Part shown: one piece after another, positions 1-7,470 of the stretch | Numbering within the stretch: the first letter of the stretch is position 1 | Layout of the letters: every line of letters begins with the position of its first letter | Assembly (NCBI GenBank): GCA_036307105.1 | Contig: JAXJYD010000009.1 | Coordinates: 14,601-78,600 of the forward strand | Length of the DNA stretch: 64,000 nt | Reading direction: 5' to 3' | Source of the DNA: Clostridia bacterium | Lineage (GTDB): Bacteria > Bacillota > Clostridia > TANB77 > CAG-508 | Made by a program: the position numbers and the translations under genes | The notes under the pieces: generated by a model | Told to the model about the DNA's origin: nothing | What the model saw: the letters and a program-made list of their open reading frames with translations, nothing else | The model's database searches: none

Positions 1-193
1 TTAATGTTTTTTCTCCAGAAACTTTTACACTAATAGCTCCTCCACCTGCTGATGCAGTAAATTCCTTAGTAGCTAATTCTGCTTGAGATTTTTCCATATC
101 TGCTTGCATCTTTTTAGCTTCTTTCATTAAACTATTAATGTTCATTCCTCCAAATCCTCCCATACCTCCTGGGAATCCACCTCTTTTTGACAT
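1..193 (-). CDS. ybaB: YbaB/EbfC family nucleoid-associated protein (C-terminus runs off the window)
   Basis: Own translation from ATG 193-191: MSKRGGFPGGMGGFGGMNINSLMKEAKKMQADMEKSQAELATKEF...; AGGAGG RBS upstream; classic dnaX-ybaB order. Confidence 0.85.
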   Translation of the reverse strand, partial: MSKRGGFPGGMGGFGGMNINSLMKEAKKMQADMEKSQAELATKEFTASAGGGAISVKVSGEKTL

Positions 194-230
194 TTTACAA
201 TTCCTCCTTATTGTTTTTATCTATTTTTTT

Positions 231-426
231 TTGGAATGTTTGTGTAAAATTTATTAAAATCGAATGCGACTGAAATATAATTTTATAAATTCTTTAAAAT
301 ATATGGAATAATGTTCGCGTCGAGCGTTAGCGAGGACTAAGTGAAAAAGGTTCCGTATATTTTATTAGAATTTATTATTATATGTAAGGAGCCGAGATAT
401 TAATAAATTTTACATGAACATTCCAA
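231..426. repeat. Long imperfect palindrome (about 26-bp terminal inverted repeats plus inner arms, GC-richer centre) between dnaX and ybaB; MITE-like or structured RNA
   Basis: ttggaatgtttgtgtaaaatttattaa (231-257) pairs with ttaataaattttacatgaacattccaa (400-426). Inner arms ataattttataaattctttaaaatatatggaa / ttccgtatattttattagaatttattattat. Centre gttcgcgtcgagcgttagcgaggac. Confidence 0.55.
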
Positions 427-438
427 AATTATAATACA

Positions 439-2073
439 TTATTCAATAATATTAAATGGTATATCTGATTGATTAGCAAAATTTTGTAAATCTTCCTCTT
501 TTGTTAATTGATGGACTGTATTATTTACTGATATGTATTTTATTTGCATTTCTTTGCCACATGCAATAGAAACTAAATTAGATATTTCTCTAATATTTTC
601 TGGCTTTTCTAATACTGTTTTTCCAAAAGAAGTCATTCCATTTGGAAACTCAATTCCAACAGTCATATCATTTAATTCAGTTGCTTTAGTATTCATAAGA
701 TTTGTATACAATACTATCTTTCCACTTTGTTTTAAGTCACTTACAATTTGTGGCCAATATTCTTCAGATTTGTTCGAAAATTTTTTAATATTATTTTGAT
801 TTGTATTTTTCTTAATTGAATTTTTTTGTTGTTCAACACTACTATTCTGTATTGTATTACTTGAAACTACCTGCCTAAAGGCTGGTTGTTGTATAGTATT
901 TCTTTGTGTAGATATATTATTTTTATTATTTCTTAAATATTTTTCAATTTTATCAACTCTATCTGATACATCAATAAATTTATCAGCATTTTCATTACAT
1001 AATCTTATAATTCCAGCTTGGAAAAGAATTGTTTTTTGTGTTGACCATTTTATATCATTTTCTAATTCTGATAATTGATATACTAAATTTATTAATCTTT
1101 CTTTAGATACGTCTCCTGAAATAAGTTTTATTTTTTCTAATTCCTCTTGGCTATATAAATCTAATTTCTTTGAAGCCTTATATACTAAAATATCTTTAAC
1201 ATATTTTATCATTTCAAATAGTAAGTTTGTAATATCTTTTCCCTCTTTTAAAACTACTTCTGTAGATTCTAGTGCTTGGTTTATATCATATTTAACAATA
1301 CTTTCTACTATTTTGTTAATATATGTTATTTTAGGAATTCCAACTAAATCCTTTATCTTATCTTCATCTATTTTATTTTCGCCATCCTGAATACATCTTT
1401 CCAAAATAGACAATGCATCTCTCATTGCACCTTCTGAAAGAACTGCAATTGTATTTAAAGCTTCATCTGTTATTTCTATGTTGCTTTCATTACATACAAT
1501 TTTTAGTCTCTTTATAATGTTTTCATTTGAAATTCTTTTAAAATCAAATCTTTGGCATCTAGACAGAATTGTTGCTGGTAATTTTTGTGGTTCAGTAGTT
1601 GCTAAAATAAATTTTACATGTTCTGGTGGTTCTTCTAATGTCTTTAAAAGCGCATTAAACGCTCCTGTAGAAAGCATATGTACCTCATCTATAATATATA
1701 CTCTATATTTTGCTTTAGTTGGAAGAAAATTTACTTCTTCGCGAATAGATCTTATATCTTCTACACTATTATTAGATGCCGCATCCATTTCTACTATATC
1801 TGTAAGCGAACCATTTATAGCTCCTTTACATATTTCACATTCATTACAAGGTTCTCCATCTTTAGGATTCAAACAATTTATTGCTCTTGCTAAAATCTTT
1901 GCAGCTGAAGTTTTTCCTGTACCTCTTCCTCCATTAAAAAGATAAGCATGTCCTACTCTATTTGCTATTATTTGATTTCTTAATGTTCTTGTTATATGTT
2001 CTTGACCTACAATTTCTGAGAATCTAAGTGGTCTAAATTTTCTATAAAGAGCTGTGTACCCCATAAATTTCAC
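439..2073 (-). CDS. dnaX: DNA polymerase III subunit gamma/tau
   Basis: ORF track protein has Walker A GGRGTGKTS, the CxxC zinc module and YRVYIIDEVHMLS. The true start may be the MGYTALYRKFRP ATG at 2064, which has an AAGGA RBS. Confidence 0.95.
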   Translation of the reverse strand: MKFMGYTALYRKFRPLRFSEIVGQEHITRTLRNQIIANRVGHAYLFNGGRGTGKTSAAKILARAINCLNPKDGEPCNECEICKGAINGSLTDIVEMDAASNNSVEDIRSIREEVNFLPTKAKYRVYIIDEVHMLSTGAFNALLKTLEEPPEHVKFILATTEPQKLPATILSRCQRFDFKRISNENIIKRLKIVCNESNIEITDEALNTIAVLSEGAMRDALSILERCIQDGENKIDEDKIKDLVGIPKITYINKIVESIVKYDINQALESTEVVLKEGKDITNLLFEMIKYVKDILVYKASKKLDLYSQEELEKIKLISGDVSKERLINLVYQLSELENDIKWSTQKTILFQAGIIRLCNENADKFIDVSDRVDKIEKYLRNNKNNISTQRNTIQQPAFRQVVSSNTIQNSSVEQQKNSIKKNTNQNNIKKFSNKSEEYWPQIVSDLKQSGKIVLYTNLMNTKATELNDMTVGIEFPNGMTSFGKTVLEKPENIREISNLVSIACGKEMQIKYISVNNTVHQLTKEEDLQNFANQSDIPFNIIE

Positions 2074-2087
2074 ATCCTTTATACAAT

Positions 2088-2226
2088 AAAAATGGTAAAT
2101 ACTTTAATCTCTCTATGGAAAGTATCTCACATAAAGATAAACTACTTATTGCTGCTTCCTTCCGGACCTGACAAGATTCATAGGTCTTTATTGATATACT
2201 CTCCATACAAAGATTAGGTATATACC
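2088..2226 (-). ncRNA. ffs: Signal recognition particle RNA, short hairpin form
   Basis: Minus strand contains the conserved domain IV motif GTCAGGTCCGGAAGGAAGCAGC. 5' GGTATATACCTAATCTTTGTATGGAGAGTAT pairs with 3' ATACTTTCCATAGAGAGATTAAAGTATTTACC, followed by a T-run. Usual position upstream of dnaX. Confidence 0.8.
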
Positions 2227-2232
2227 ATTTGT

Positions 2233-2261
2233 ATTATATAATGAATTATTTATTTAATCAA
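2233..2261 (-). promoter_or_regulatory. Sigma-A type promoter for ffs (TTGATT-17-TATAAT)
   Basis: Reverse complement reads TTGATT, a 17-nt spacer, then TATAAT. A G lies 7 nt downstream at the start of the SRP hairpin. Confidence 0.5.
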
Positions 2262-2271
2262 GTAAATTTAT

Positions 2272-3027
2272 TTAATTTTTAATTCTTTTAAAAATTATAT
2301 CGCTTTTATCAATTATTTCTTGTGAAGATGTACCTTTTTCAATTACACCTTCTATTGGTAAATCTAACTCTATATTTGCCTTATATTCTTTTCCTGATTC
2401 TATTTTTATAGTTACATCCATACTTAATTTTAATTTTAAATCTTCTACTGTAATGTTTGATTTTTTTAGTAACTCATTATGATTTATTTCATCATCGTTT
2501 GAAATATATTCTGCAATTTTATCATTTGCTACTCTGAACATTATAAGTCCACCTTGGTTAGAAATTTCCAAATTTTTTAGATCGGTTTGCATAGCACCTT
2601 TATATTCTAATGTTTTAACTAAATTATCCTCCACATTTCTAAAATAAACTCCACTATCTGTAGTATTTGGTCTGTATAAATTAATTGTTCCTTTTTCAGA
2701 ATTTCTTTGTATATTTATATTATCTATTAATATACTTTTTATTGCGTCTTGTTTATCATAATTTTTATTTTTTTCTATATATAAATTAATATCATTATTT
2801 TGACCAACATCAAAAGCCCATCTATTTTCACCCGCTTCTTTGTCTATTCCTTCTACAGAACTTATAATTACTATTTTATTTAAAACAAATGGCATATTGG
2901 TTTCGCCTTCTACACTATATTTTAAAAATATAATTCCTACAGTAAATAATATAATTGTAATTATAAAAATAAATATAGATACATGAAATGCTTTTTTATT
3001 GATTAGATACTTTAACTTTTCTTTCAT
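2272..3027 (-). CDS. Hypothetical membrane-anchored protein (single N-terminal TM helix)
   Basis: 251-aa ORF with the hydrophobic segment FHVSIFIFIITIILFTVGIIFL. No family recognised. Confidence 0.7.
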   Translation of the reverse strand: MKEKLKYLINKKAFHVSIFIFIITIILFTVGIIFLKYSVEGETNMPFVLNKIVIISSVEGIDKEAGENRWAFDVGQNNDINLYIEKNKNYDKQDAIKSILIDNINIQRNSEKGTINLYRPNTTDSGVYFRNVEDNLVKTLEYKGAMQTDLKNLEISNQGGLIMFRVANDKIAEYISNDDEINHNELLKKSNITVEDLKLKLSMDVTIKIESGKEYKANIELDLPIEGVIEKGTSSQEIIDKSDIIFKRIKN

Positions 3028-3102
3028 TTTTAAACCTTCCTACAATATTATAAAAATAATTTTGGAAAAAGAATTATATTAAATATAAATAATAATAAAT
3101 TT

Positions 3103-3555
3103 TTATTTTATCTTTCGTAATTCTTTAAAAAAATCCTTTAAGATGTTTTCACACTCTTTTTTTAATATACCTTTTTCAAATTCTACATTATGATTAAATT
3201 TATAATCTTCAAATAAATTAAGTATCGATCCTACTGCACCTGTTTTTTCATCATTTGCGCCAATGTAAACCTTTTTTATTCTTGAATTAATAATCGCACC
3301 AGCACACATTGAACAAGGTTCTAATGTTACATACATTTCACAATCTAAAAGTCTCCAACTTTTTAATTTTTTACTAGCTTTTTGTATTGCAATTATCTCT
3401 GCGTGATTTGTAGTATCAAACTTAGTTTCTTTTAAATTATGTGCTCTTGCAATTATCTTTCCATCTTTAACAATAACCGCCCCTACTGGTACTTCTAATT
3501 TATCATATGCCTTTTTTGCTTCTTTAAGAGCCTCTTTCATAAATTTTTCTTGCAT
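3103..3555 (-). CDS. tadA: tRNA adenosine(34) deaminase
   Basis: CMP/dCMP deaminase zinc motifs HAE (NHAEIIAI) and PCSMCAGAI; 150 aa. Confidence 0.93.
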   Translation of the reverse strand: MQEKFMKEALKEAKKAYDKLEVPVGAVIVKDGKIIARAHNLKETKFDTTNHAEIIAIQKASKKLKSWRLLDCEMYVTLEPCSMCAGAIINSRIKKVYIGANDEKTGAVGSILNLFEDYKFNHNVEFEKGILKKECENILKDFFKELRKIK

Positions 3556-3575
3556 ATATTTTATCCTTATATTTA

Positions 3576-3590
3576 TTTTGGTGTGCCCAG
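3576..3590. repeat. attL core: 15-bp direct repeat ttttggtgtgcccag (displaced copy of the tRNA-Arg 3' end)
   Basis: Identical 15-mer at 40533-40547, where it overlaps the 3' end of tRNA-Arg next to the integrase. Confidence 0.8.
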
Positions 3591-3721
3591 TCGTTTTTAA
3601 GTAATTCGTATAACTTTTTATATATTAACAACAACTGAATAAACACGTTTTTACAATAAACTAACTTTCTATAAATTTCAATTATACTTATAAAACTTTG
3701 TGTATTGCATTATTTATTGCA

Positions 3722-3847
3722 TTACTTTAATATAGTGTTCACTATATTAACTCTAGTTAAATTATATACTTTTTTAAAAGTTTTTGCAAATATTTTTACA
3801 ACAATTTTCTCTCTTAAATTTAAAACATTAAATACTTCATTTTCCAT
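3722..3847 (-). CDS. Small basic hypothetical protein (41 aa)
   Basis: Own translation MENEVFNVLNLREKIVVKIFAKTFKKVYNLTRVNIVNTILK. GGAGGA RBS 8-9 nt upstream. Preceded by the 15-bp box at 3907-3921. Confidence 0.35.
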   Translation of the reverse strand: MENEVFNVLNLREKIVVKIFAKTFKKVYNLTRVNIVNTILK

Positions 3848-3906
3848 TACATTTAATCCTCCATATATTATTAGAACGTTCTTGAGTAATAAATATAATG
3901 AGGATC

Positions 3907-3921
3907 ATCCACTATGGTGGA
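3907..3921. promoter_or_regulatory. 15-bp palindrome-like box atccactatggtgga, copy 1 (candidate operator)
   Basis: Exact second copy at 4222-4236. Arms CCAC/GTGG. About 60 nt upstream of the 41-aa ORF. Confidence 0.4.
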
Positions 3922-3968
3922 TATTTTGTAAAATATTGGATTTGTTTTATAAAAAATAAAAGCAATAC

Positions 3969-4170
3969 TTATTGTATTACTTTATATAAATCTTCTACCT
4001 TTACATTTAAAGCTTGTGCAATACGCACTAATACTGATATTGTAGGCTCTTTTTCATTCTTTTCTATATAATTTAAATGCGAACTTGATATACCTGTTAA
4101 TTTCGATAACTGCTCTAAACTCAATCCGCTTCTTATTTCTAATTTCCTTTAATAATATTATAATTCTCAT
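3969..4170 (-). CDS. XRE-family helix-turn-helix regulator; needs a +1 shift at in-frame CGG (4128-4126)
   Basis: Own translation: MRIIILLKEIRNKK then CGG. Skipping the C gives GLSLEQLSKLTGISSSHLNYIEKNEKEPTISVLVRIAQALNVKVEDLYKVIQ*, a typical HTH_3 sequence. Confidence 0.6.
4126..4128 (-). other. In-frame CGG at an obligatory +1 frame change (XRE gene)
   Basis: AAG AAG CGG ATT GAG in frame 0. Reading AAG AAG (C) GGA TTG AGT TTA GAG restores the HTH domain. Confidence 0.8.
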
Positions 4171-4221
4171 ACTTTCCACCTTATCATTAGTATGTCCATT
4201 TTTCTATATAACATACTTTTT

Positions 4222-4236
4222 ATCCACTATGGTGGA
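4222..4236. promoter_or_regulatory. 15-bp palindrome-like box atccactatggtgga, copy 2 (candidate operator)
   Basis: Identical to 3907-3921. About 52 nt upstream of the XRE start. Confidence 0.4.
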
Positions 4237-4275
4237 AAAATGCTATTTTCTTATACGAAATTAAAAGAAGCCTTT

Positions 4276-4449
4276 TCAGACTTCCTTAGCTATCTTAATA
4301 ATATCATTAAAGTTTCTTTTATCTGATATATATTTTAAACTGTCTATGTTTAATACTAAGTAATAATTCTTATATCTGTTATATTCGTTTCTGTTTTTTA
4401 TATTTAATAGCTTTATCATTTGTAGAGATTGTAAATATGCTTGTTTCAT
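4276..4449 (-). CDS. Hypothetical protein (57 aa)
   Basis: Own translation MKQAYLQSLQMIKLLNIKNRNEYNRYKNYYLVLNIDSLKYISDKRNFNDIIKIAKEV. AAGGGGG RBS upstream. Confidence 0.45.
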   Translation of the reverse strand: MKQAYLQSLQMIKLLNIKNRNEYNRYKNYYLVLNIDSLKYISDKRNFNDIIKIAKEV

Positions 4450-4511
4450 ATTTATCGCCCCCTTTTATTAAGTATAGCATATTATGTAATTTATTTGTGT
4501 TGAAATTTGTC

Positions 4512-4541
4512 GAAAAGAAAAAGAACTATTGCTAGTTCTTT
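4512..4541 (-). terminator. Intrinsic terminator after the MazF-like gene
   Basis: Stem aagaacta / tagttctt (4521-4540) followed on the minus strand by TTTTCTTTT. Confidence 0.6.
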
Positions 4542-4896
4542 AATTATTTTCTAAAAAATTTTTATATGCATTTAAAAATCTTATCATACTTTCAACATCA
4601 ACAGTTCCCAATTTATAGCTTATTGTTTTTTTTGGAATCGTAAAAAGTTGGTCACATTTTACTATACTATCTGTTTTTAATTTGTTAGATTTATCTTTTT
4701 TTATAGGCTCATTGTATTTAAATTTTGAATTTTCTTTGCTCTTCTTTGTATTAGAAGATATAACAAATCCAAAATAATCAGCTGGTATTAAATTTCCATC
4801 ATCATCAATCACTACAAAATAATGATGGTTTACTATTTCTTTGTTAATATCTTCAAATTCTGCTACCCATATAATATCCCCAATTTCGTACTTCAT
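4540..4896 (-). CDS. PemK/MazF-like type II toxin (putative)
   Basis: 118 aa. N-terminal GDIIWV...HHYFVVI and C-terminal SIVKCDQLFTIPKKTI resemble the MazF/PemK fold pattern. Preceded by a 48-aa ORF. Confidence 0.55.
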   Translation of the reverse strand: MKYEIGDIIWVAEFEDINKEIVNHHYFVVIDDDGNLIPADYFGFVISSNTKKSKENSKFKYNEPIKKDKSNKLKTDSIVKCDQLFTIPKKTISYKLGTVDVESMIRFLNAYKNFLENN

Positions 4897-4930
4897 CTAT
4901 TTCTCCCCTTTTGATATGTTTATATTACAA

Positions 4931-5077
4931 TTATTTTTCTTCTTTTCCTTTATTCACTTCTTCACTAACAGGGAAATCTTTGAAAGCCTCTGTATGTGGT
5001 TTTATTATATTTTTTTGTTTACTAATTAAAACAAGTTGTCTTGCTTGTTTTCTTAAATCCATCATATTTGTTTTCAT
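4931..5077 (-). CDS. Small ORF upstream of the MazF-like gene (candidate antitoxin, 48 aa)
   Basis: Own translation MKTNMMDLRKQARQLVLISKQKNIIKPHTEAFKDFPVSEEVNKGKEEK. GGAGGG RBS. Position only, no family recognised. Confidence 0.35.
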   Translation of the reverse strand: MKTNMMDLRKQARQLVLISKQKNIIKPHTEAFKDFPVSEEVNKGKEEK

Positions 5078-5115
5078 ATCAATCCCTCCTTTTTATATTA
5101 TGCTCACTTTCTTAA

Positions 5116-5144
5116 ATTATATCACAAAATTATGTAAATTTCAA
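5116..5144 (-). promoter_or_regulatory. Sigma-A promoter for the toxin operon (TTGAAA-17-TATAAT with TG extension)
   Basis: Reverse complement reads TTGAAA, tttacataattttgtga, TATAAT about 40 nt upstream of the 48-aa ORF. Confidence 0.45.
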
Positions 5145-5359
5145 TATGCATAAATTTTGAAGTTCTTTTATTTGTACAATCATTTTATAAAAATTAAATA
5201 TTTTTGTCAATACATTTTTTAAAACTCACACTACAATCGATTTTAAGCCAAATTATTTTCAAAGTAATATACTTATATACCTCTAAATTAGGCTGTTCTC
5301 TTTACTTTTGCATTATAATTTTGTATAATATATTATTATATAGTGAAAGGAGTAAAATT

Positions 5360-5611
5360 ATGGAATTTTTAAAATTTATGGAAAATTATAAAAATAAAGA
5401 AATTAAAAAAACAGAAATTATAAAGATACTAAAAGATAATTTTAAAAATATTAATATAGATGATAAAGAAAAATATAGTTTTGTAATTTTTGTTAAAAAA
5501 CACGCATATACAATTGATTATACATATAAATATATTGACGAGAATGATGATAATATTATTATTTTAGATTCTTATAAATTACAACAAACACTCCCATTAG
5601 CTAAACTATAA
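5360..5611 (+). CDS. Hypothetical protein (83 aa), plus-strand moron
   Basis: ATG at 5360 preceded by AAAGGAG; the longer track ORF from 5204 lacks an RBS. Upstream TTTACT-17-TATAAT. Confidence 0.6.
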   Translation: MEFLKFMENYKNKEIKKTEIIKILKDNFKNINIDDKEKYSFVIFVKKHAYTIDYTYKYIDENDDNIIILDSYKLQQTLPLAKL

Positions 5612-5615
5612 AAAA

Positions 5616-5647
5616 GAGGTAGACTAGAAATTAATCTAATCTACCTC
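5616..5647. terminator. Hairpin between convergent genes (gaggtaga / tctacctc)
   Basis: 8-bp stem 5616-5623 / 5640-5647 between the 5360..5611 (+) ORF and the lysin (-). Confidence 0.45.
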
Positions 5648-5694
5648 ACTCTCCTTTTCAGGATAATAAATGCGTATACATAGTATATCATATT

Positions 5695-7066
5695 TTATAA
5701 TTTAGTACAATATCTTAAACAAACATATCCACTTGGAGTTAATCCCCACTCGCCTATTACTTTTGTTACTGTTGTTATAACTCCTCGTTTTAGTCCGTTA
5801 GTATAATAATTTCCTAATCTACTATTTTGACTTCTTGCATTAGCTGTAAGTTGTCTCCAGGTTTTAGCTTTATAATTCATTCCTGCTCCATATCTCACAT
5901 TTAAAACACTAGCTGTTACTCTATATGTCCCTGTTCTATAACTGTTGACTTTTTGACTAGTACTTGATGAGCTTTGACTAGTAGTTGCATAGCTAGATAA
6001 GTATAATGAACTTACCCAGCCTCTGTCTGTCCTTGACCAGCTTCCATTTGTTTCATATACTGTTACAGCTGTTCCATATCTATAACTTCCTATTATTACT
6101 CCATTTGGTGTTTGTCTTATATTTAATCCTATTTTAGCATTTACATATCTAGTATATGATTCTGTTATGACTGGTTTTGTGTCATTTGTTTGAACTTGTC
6201 CATCATGTTTAAAAGCAAAGAACTTTTGATAGTTAGCATAATTTCTAAAATTATCTATTGAACAATACACAGTATTTCCACTAACTGTTACTTTTCCTCT
6301 TCTTGTAGATGTTTCAAATTTTCCTGAATATAAATACGGATCATATATCTTTAATGTATCCCCTTCTATTCCTACTATTGTAATGAAATGCCCTCCAGTT
6401 GTAAATAAACCATTAGCACAACTTACTATTACATAGTGATTATTTCTTACTAAATTTACTACATCATCTAATCTATATGCTTCTTCATATCCTATATTAA
6501 ATGTATCAGCTACAAATCTAAATGCTGAGAAATATGTACCGTTGTTTGAACTTCTATATCCATATCTTACAAATAAATCTCCCATGTCTGGAGGAATTAT
6601 TGTTCCTTTTATTGCTGTTACTACCATACTTGCACATGTAGGTCCGACAACCTGATGTTCCTATTGTTTGACTGTAATCTCCTACACTTGTATAAGAATG
6701 ACTACTCCATCTACTATCTATCTGTGAATAATATGTTAGCCCTTTATATTCTCCTAAAGCTACGTTAGGATATTCACTAGTACCATTGTAAGCTATTTCT
6801 CCTTGTTCTTCAAATCCTTCTGTTTCTATTGTAGCTTGTGTTTCTGATACTTCCTTTTCTTGTTCTTCTGTTTGAGCTTGTATCTCTGTTGTTGGAAGTT
6901 CTTTTATTTCTGCATCTGACATTTTATAAGTTGTTGTTACTACATCTGTTATTTTTTCTACAGTTTCTTTTTGTAGTTCTTTATCATCACTTACAAAAAA
7001 AACTAGTCCTAATATTACGCACATCATTATTACTGAAATTATTGTTATAAATCTTTTATCTTTCAT
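5695..7066 (-). CDS. Endolysin: N-terminal TM anchor, papain-like (C39-like) cysteine peptidase, two SH3b-like repeats; needs a +1 shift at CGG 6646-6644
   Basis: Track ORFs 6554..7066 and 5695..6627 join as ...IGTSGC|GPTCASMVVTAIKG when the C of CGG is skipped. C-terminal repeats resemble SH3b (YVNAKIGLNIRQ..., YRVTASVLNVRY...). Confidence 0.75.
6644..6646 (-). other. In-frame CGG at an obligatory +1 frame change (lysin)
   Basis: GGT TGT CGG ACC TAC in frame 0. GGT TGT (C) GGA CCT ACA TGT GCA AGT ATG gives GCGPTCASM. Confidence 0.85.
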
Positions 7067-7076
7067 GATATCCCTC

Positions 7077-7373
7077 CTATTTCAATATTTGGCTTATTAC
7101 AGCCCCTATTATTCCACCAACCACAGTTGCAATAATAGTCATTGTTACTTTGTCCCACTTTTGAGCTGGTTTTTCTTCTATTTCTTTTAGTCTTTTATTC
7201 ATGTCAATTTGGTCTTCTCTTAAATATTTCATCTCTGTTGCTATTTCTTTCACTGCAACAGTTAATTCTCTATTTTCTTTTAACTCCTCTTCTAGCTCGT
7301 CTATTCTTTTTGTGTTAGACTTTCTAGCTTCTTCCACTGATACTAATCTTTCTATTATTTCTGTGTTTTCCAA
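7077..7373 (-). CDS. xhlA: XhlA-family lysis-associated membrane protein
   Basis: 98 aa with an N-terminal coiled coil and a C-terminal TM (VTMTIIATVVGGIIGAVISQIL), directly upstream of the lysin. Confidence 0.7.
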   Translation of the reverse strand: MENTEIIERLVSVEEARKSNTKRIDELEEELKENRELTVAVKEIATEMKYLREDQIDMNKRLKEIEEKPAQKWDKVTMTIIATVVGGIIGAVISQILK

Positions 7374-7470
7374 TTCTTTATCCTCACTTTCATCAAAGAA
7401 TACCTGCTAAGATGACAGGTATTGTACATTTTAAAATTATTTTAATTGCTTGTTCCAATTACTTTTTATA

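Noticed and set aside
533-1945. Plus-strand track ORFs inside dnaX (533..799, 1478..1945, 1678..1893)
   Set aside because: They are antisense shadows of a confidently identified gene. Their sequences are low-complexity and hydrophobic, with no RBS.
3705-3959. 84-aa plus-strand track ORF next to attL
   Set aside because: It has no RBS and junk-like composition. The region is better explained by the minus-strand 41-aa ORF with a GGAGGA RBS and the 15-bp box.
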